The position numbers and the translations under genes are program-made. Positions 58,301 through 64,000 of a DNA stretch of 64,000 bases are shown here, piece after piece (the first letter of the stretch is position 1; each line of letters begins with the position of its first letter). Origin of the DNA: Caecitellus pseudoparvulus (lineage: Eukaryota; Protista; Bigyra: Bicosoecida); assembly GCA_965644315.1 (NCBI GenBank), contig CBFFRQ010000053.1, forward strand, positions 310,001 to 374,000, read 5' to 3'. The notes under the pieces were generated by a model. That model had not been told where the DNA came from and ran no database searches. It saw nothing but the letters and a program-made list of their open reading frames with translations.

Positions 58301-61300
58301 TACAGTGTGCGCATGAACCTGAGCGTGGAGGCGGACGAGGTTGTGCGGCCCGAGCTGGTGTTGGAGTGGGCCAGCCACCCTGACAGCACCTACCACGTGG
58401 AGCGGAACTACACGGAGACGAACGGTGGGGCGGGTCAGCCCGACATCGACATCAAGCGCTCCACCATCGATGTGACCGCCGTCACAGATGCTGCCACCCC
58501 CACCAACAGCCTGATGACGTACGGCTCCACTGTGACCTTGACCGTGGAGGTGACGTTCAGCGAAGGCACCTCCACAGGCGTCGTGGTGGATGTGGGCTTC
58601 GACCGCACTGACATGCTGTCGGTGGTGCGCGTGGACAGCATCACGGCACCCGCCGCTGTCAGCAGCAGCCACGGCGACTGGACGACGGAGGTGCTGGCCA
58701 ACCATGTGACGGTGCGGGGGGATGACAGCGGGCTGTCCTTCGACTTCGGGCGTGTGCTGAATGAGGACACAGACAATGCCCAGGATGACACGGTGCAGAT
58801 GGTCATTGTGTGCTACGCGCAGTCATTGCCGGATCCAGGGACGCATGGCGCCGGAGACGTGCTGGGCGTGACGGCAGAGCTGCAGTCGCAGGACATCGGG
58901 GCAGGGGAGGTGGAGGACAGCTTGACCTTGCGGACGAAGCAGCCCTACCTGGAGTACGCCACGACGCCTCTGCTGTCGTCGGATGTGGACTACCGGGACT
59001 TTGTCAACTACACCATCACGGTCACCAACGTGGACACGGGCAGTGAGGGCAACGCTGCGTACAACCTGGTGCTGCGTGACACGACCCTGGTGCAGGGCAA
59101 GTACCAGGTCATGGAGGTCACGACGGACAGCGGCTCGACCTTCTTCAACGATGTGTCTGATGGCGAGTCGGGCTTTGGCGTGCCCGGCGTGGGCAAGGGG
59201 CCGGGCATGGGTGATGTGCTGGACCTTGTGGCGACGGTGCCGTCTGTGGGACTGGGTGGTGTGGAGGTGGTGCGGTACAGTGTGCGCATGAACCTGAGCG
59301 TGGAGGCGGACGAGGTTGTGCGGCCCGAGCTGGTGTTGGAGTGGGCCAGCCACCCTGACAGCACCTACCACGTGGAGCGGAACTACACGGAGACGAACGG
59401 TGGGGCGGGTCAGCCCGACATCGACATCAAGCGCTCCACCATCGATGTGACCGCCGTCACAGATGCTGCCACCCCCACCAACAGCCTGATGACGTACGGC
59501 TCCACTGTGACCTTGACCGTGGAGGTGACGTTCAGCGAAGGCACCTCCACAGGCGTCGTGGTGGATGTGGGCTTCGACCGCACTGACATGCTGTCGGTGG
59601 TGCGCGTGGACAGCATCACGGCACCCGCCGCTGTCAGCAGCAGCCACGGCGACTGGACGACGGAGGTGCTGGCCAACCATGTGACGGTGCGGGGGGATGA
59701 CAGCGGGCTGTCCTTCGACTTCGGGCGTGTGCTGAATGAGGACACAGACAATGCCCAGGATGACACGGTGCAGATGGTCATTGTGTGCTACGCGCAGTCA
59801 TTGCCGGATCCAGGGACGCATGGCGCCGGAGACGTGCTGGGTGTGACGGCAGAGCTGCAGTCGCAGGACATCGGGGCAGGGGAGGTGGAGGACAGCTTGA
59901 CCTTGCGGACGAAGCAGCCCTACCTGGAGTACGCCACGACGCCTCTGCTGTCGTCGGATGTGGACTACCGGGACTTTGTCAACTACACCATCACGGTCAC
60001 CAACGTGGACACGGGCAGTGAGGGCAACGCTGCGTACAACCTGGTGCTGCGTGACACGACCCTGGTGCAGGGCAAGTACCAGGTCATGGAGGTCACGACG
60101 GACAGCGGCTCGGCCTTCTTCAACGATGTGTCTGATGGCGAGTCGGGCTTTGGCGTGCCCGGCGTGGGCAAGGGGCCGGGCATGGGTGATGTGCTGGACC
60201 TTGTGGCGACGGTGCCGTCTGTGGGACTGGGTGGTGTGGAGGTGGTGCGGTACAGTGTGCGCATGAACCTGAGCGTGGAGGCGGACGAGGTTGTGCGGCC
60301 CGAGCTGGTGTTGGAGTGGGCCAGCCACCCTGACAGCACCTACCACGTGGAGCGGAACTACACGGAGACGAACGGTGGGGCGGGTCAGCCCGACATCGAC
60401 ATCAAGCGCTCCACCATCGATGTGACCGCCGTCACAGATGCTGCCACCCCCACCAACAGCCTGATGACGTACGGCTCCACTGTGACCTTGACCGTGGAGG
60501 TGACGTTCAGCGAAGGCACCTCCACAGGCGTCGTGGTGGACGTGGGCTTCGACCGCACTGACATGCTGTCGGTGGTGCGCGTGGACAGCATCACGGCACC
60601 CGCCGCTGTCAGCAGCAGCCACGGCGACTGGACGACGGAGGTGCTGGCCAACCATGTGACGGTGCGGGGGGATGACAGCGGGCTGTCCTTCGACTTCGGG
60701 CGTGTGCTGAATGAGGACACAGACAATGCCCAGGATGACACGGTGCAGATGGTCATTGTATGCTACGCGCAGTCATTGCCGGATCCAGGGACGCATGGCG
60801 CCGGAGACGTGCTGGGTGTGACGGCAGAGCTGCAGTCGCAGGACATCGGGGCAGGGGAGGTGGAGGACAGCTTGACCTTGCGGACGAAGCAGCCCTACCT
60901 GGAGTACGCCACGACGCCTCTGCTGTCGTCGGATGTGGACTACCGGGACTTTGTCAACTACACCATCACGGTCACCAACGTGGACACGGGCAGTGAGGGC
61001 AACGCTGCGTACAACCTGGTGCTGCGTGACACGACCCTGGTGCAGGGCAAGTACCAGGTCATGGAGGTCACGACGGACAGCGGCTCGGCCTTCTTCAACG
61101 ATGTGTCTGATGGCGAGTCGGGCTTTGGCGTGCCCGGCGTGGGCAAGGGGCCGGGCATGGGTGATGTGCTGGACCTTGTGGCGACGGTGCCGTCTGTGGG
61201 ACTGGGTGGTGTGGAGGTGGTGCGGTACAGTGTGCGCATGAACCTGAGCGTGGAGGCAGACGAGGTTGTGCGGCCCGAGCTGGTGTTGGAGTGGGCCAGC

Positions 61301-64000
61301 CACCCTGACAGCACCTACCACGTGGAGCGGAACTACACGGAGACGAACGGTGGGGCGGGTCAGCCCGACATTGACATTTCTGCAGTCATTCCCAACATTT
61401 ACGTCAAGTCTGATGAAGTTACAGATTCCGATAAACTTGCAGTTGTAGGTCAGTCGGTCACCATCTTTGGGTCTGTGCTTATCCCGGAAGGGAGTTCGTC
61501 AGGTTCTTCCTTCGTTGTGGAGTTCGATAGGACTGATTTCCTGGAAGTCGTCTCCGTCGTCTCCGTCGTCGCCAGCTCGCCTTCCTTGTCCAGCAGCCTC
61601 GGCTCATTCAGCAGCATGGCTGGCTCTGCAACGGTAGTCAGCAACGAAAGAGTGACCTTCACCTTGGGAGACCTGGTCAACTCGGATGTTGACAACTCTA
61701 TGAACGAAACCTTGGAGTTTGTTGTGGATGCCATTGTGCAGAACTCACTGTCTCTGTCATCCGGCGACGAGGTCAGAGTTTCGGGAGTTTTTTCGTCAGA
61801 CTTCCACGCTCCTCTGCCTGTCTTCACGGACATTCTCACACTCGGAGTGCCAGAGCTCAACTCGACCATTCCGTTTGTCCCGCCCTACGTAGAAGATCTT
61901 GATGGTGGAGACACAGTGTGGGTCAATGTTTCACTGTCAACCACCGTATCCAGTACGTCAGATGCATTCAACGTGACAGTGATTGATGAAAATCTTCAAC
62001 TTGGCCTGTATTCCGTTGTCCAAGTCTTTGTTGCAGGGGTGGCCCAGGCTGTGAACACGGTGGGCGGCTTTGTTGCCATGGTGCCTCGCATTCGGCCTGC
62101 CGATGTTGCGGATATCCGGTGGCAGATTAGATTGACCCACCTCGTTGAAAGTAACATGACTTTCTCGCCTAACGTCACGTTCACCTTCTACTCTGACCCT
62201 ATTGATGCCAATGGAAGCTTTACGGGGTCTCGCGAGGTTGTGGTGGCTCCGGATCCTCCGCTGTACAGAGTCGCCAGCCGTGGACTGACGCTTGACCTGA
62301 CAAGCGACAATTCCACCGAAAACGCCGACGAAGTTGTGCCTGGGGCTACGGTGGTCATGGCAGTAGGTTTGCAGTTCATTGAAGGCATAACAAATGATGC
62401 CAAGGTGAGGGTTGACTTCGATTCTCCCGATCGCCTCTCGATGGTCTATGTGGACAGCATCACCGCCGCATCGGCCCTGTCATCTTCACTGGGAGACTTT
62501 CACGATCTTCGCTTAACTCAAGTGCTGCATGATGCCGCAAACTCTTCTTGGATCGAAATCTCCCTTGGCCAAGTGAACAACTCAGACGCTGACAACTCCG
62601 TACCGGAGTTCGTCAATGTCACGATCACCTTGTTCAGTCAAACGGTAGCCACGAATGTGCGCGGCGCGCTGAGTGTAGCAAATGCGTCAAAAGCATCCCG
62701 CCTGGTCCCGCTTGGGCGACAACTCGCGTCCTCTGTGCTTGAAACTCTCGAACCCGACATCGCTGCTTCGATCTCCCCGCTTCTTGACACGGCTCCTGAT
62801 GCAGGCGACACGTTCTCGATGACGGTTGTTGTTCAGGCCACCGCACCCCCTGGTGGGTACTCTGCCCCCTACAACTTGGTCGTGAGGGACTCCTTCTTGA
62901 CACAAGGCAAGTACCGCATCGTCAGCGCACAGGTCACAGGAGGGTCTGGGGGTTCTACTTTTGTGGCAGCTGACTCACTGGGTGGGTTCGCTCCCTTGGC
63001 AACAGGCCCGGGTGGACTGACAGATTCTACGCAAGTCGCGACAGTGGACTCACTTCAGCCCGGCGCCTCACTGTCCTTAGCCTATGTGATCCAGTACAAC
63101 ACGTCAGTGGAAGCGGATGAGGACTTCCGGCCCCAAGTATGGGTTGAGTACGAATCCCACCCTCGCAGCCAGCACCACGTCGCACGAGCTTACCAGCTCA
63201 ACCAGGCGTCTATTGTCCAGCCAACGCTTAGCATATCCCCGAGTCAAGTCGCTGTGTCAACCTTCCCAGATCACGCAACAGACTCACTGACAGATGTGGT
63301 CATTGGCCAAGCTGTCGCTGTTCAAGTGGCTGTCAGGATCCCTGAAGGCACTGCTTCGAGCAGCAACGTCACTGTGAGGCTGGATCCACAAGATGTCTCT
63401 GTCTTCGTATCTGTTGACGCTGTGTTCCCTTCTTCTCCTAACCTTGTCGCGACTGAAGCGACTTGGGCCTCCATTGCCAGCTCCGCTGTCTCCGTTGAAG
63501 GCGAGTCCATGTTTTTTGACCTCGGTACCCTTGTGAATTTCGACACTGACAACGCTGTTGATGAGACGTTGAACTTTAATATGACTCTTCTTGTCCAGAA
63601 TGCCTCCCAGTTGGTCAGAGGAAGCACCGTATCAATTGAAGCAGCTTTCCTCAGCCAAGCTGAAGCAACCGCTCCATCAGACCAAGTCATCTTGCAAGTC
63701 AGAGAGCCCAGCCTATCCGATACGCACCCTGTCATTCCCTTGGTTGTCACAGACGTAGACAGCGGTGACTTGGTGAATGTCACGCTGTTCCTGTCCCATG
63801 CGACCGTGTCAGACTCGACCGCATTCAACGTCACACTGAGCGACACAGCGTTGACTTTGGGTCAGTACAGTGTTGTGAATGTTGCTTCTAACTCGTCAGC
63901 TGAGCTTGAGTGGCCACTTTCTCAAACTCCCGAACGAATTTGCATGCTCCCATTCATTTACGGTGATGAGACGGTCTCTTTGACTTTGACACTACTTTTC
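49359..64000 (+). CDS. Giant secreted/surface glycoprotein (>4,800 aa, 3' partial) with tandem DUF11/fimbrial-like beta-sandwich modules
   Basis: Exons 49359-49512, 49583-49651 and 49797->64000, with phase-1 GT-AG introns. Signal peptide ...AVVSGLLAAFVALAQA. No listed plus-strand ORF beyond 49800 uses this frame, implying it is open to the edge. Recurrent motifs IG..V...V.(I/F)PEG, FDLG.LVN.D.DN and VDAGD.V...H...S...A(F/Y)NV...D..L. Confidence 0.85.
56485..61371 (+). repeat. Intragenic tandem array: 5 near-identical 975-bp (325-codon) units
   Basis: Units start at 56485, 57460, 58435, 59410 and 60385 (TCAGCCCGACATCGAC...). The shadow ORFs repeat with a 975-bp period, and only a handful of SNPs distinguish the copies. 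Confidence 0.97.

Noticed and set aside
56201-61321. Repeated minus-strand 285-aa His/Val-rich ORFs and other periodic short ORFs
   Set aside because: They are antisense shadows of the plus-strand repeat CDS.
56485-61371. Array as a CRISPR, satellite or transposon
   Set aside because: The 975-bp unit is a multiple of 3 and in-frame coding, with no spacers, terminal repeats or transposase motifs.

Overview
A GC-rich, very gene-dense eukaryotic region from a unicellular protist (stramenopile-like by inference). It has short GT-AG introns and about 22 protein genes. Two giant genes are missing from the supplied ORF track because they run off the window edges: a HUWE1/Tom1/UPL1-type E3 ligase N-terminus (minus strand, 8708 to <1) and a >4,800-aa secreted protein (plus strand, 49359 to >64000). 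The secreted protein is built from alternating bacterial DUF11/fimbrial-like modules and contains five near-identical 975-bp tandem units. Housekeeping genes include kish, MTHFR, mL54, a NUDT19-like Nudix, EAF6, MPST, Scc2/NIPBL, a DEAD-box helicase, RPLP0, NDUFA5, a MEP50-like WD40 protein, mL49 and a SulP transporter. The most notable items are (i) a trifunctional HisC + HAD phosphatase + IGPD fusion covering three consecutive histidine-biosynthesis steps, 7 kb from a His4-like HisIE gene that lacks HisD, and (ii) the giant repeat adhesin-like protein with a recently homogenised, GC3-shifted internal array. Exon boundaries were derived by hand from splice signals and reading-frame phase. No RNA genes, transposons or CRISPR arrays were recognised.
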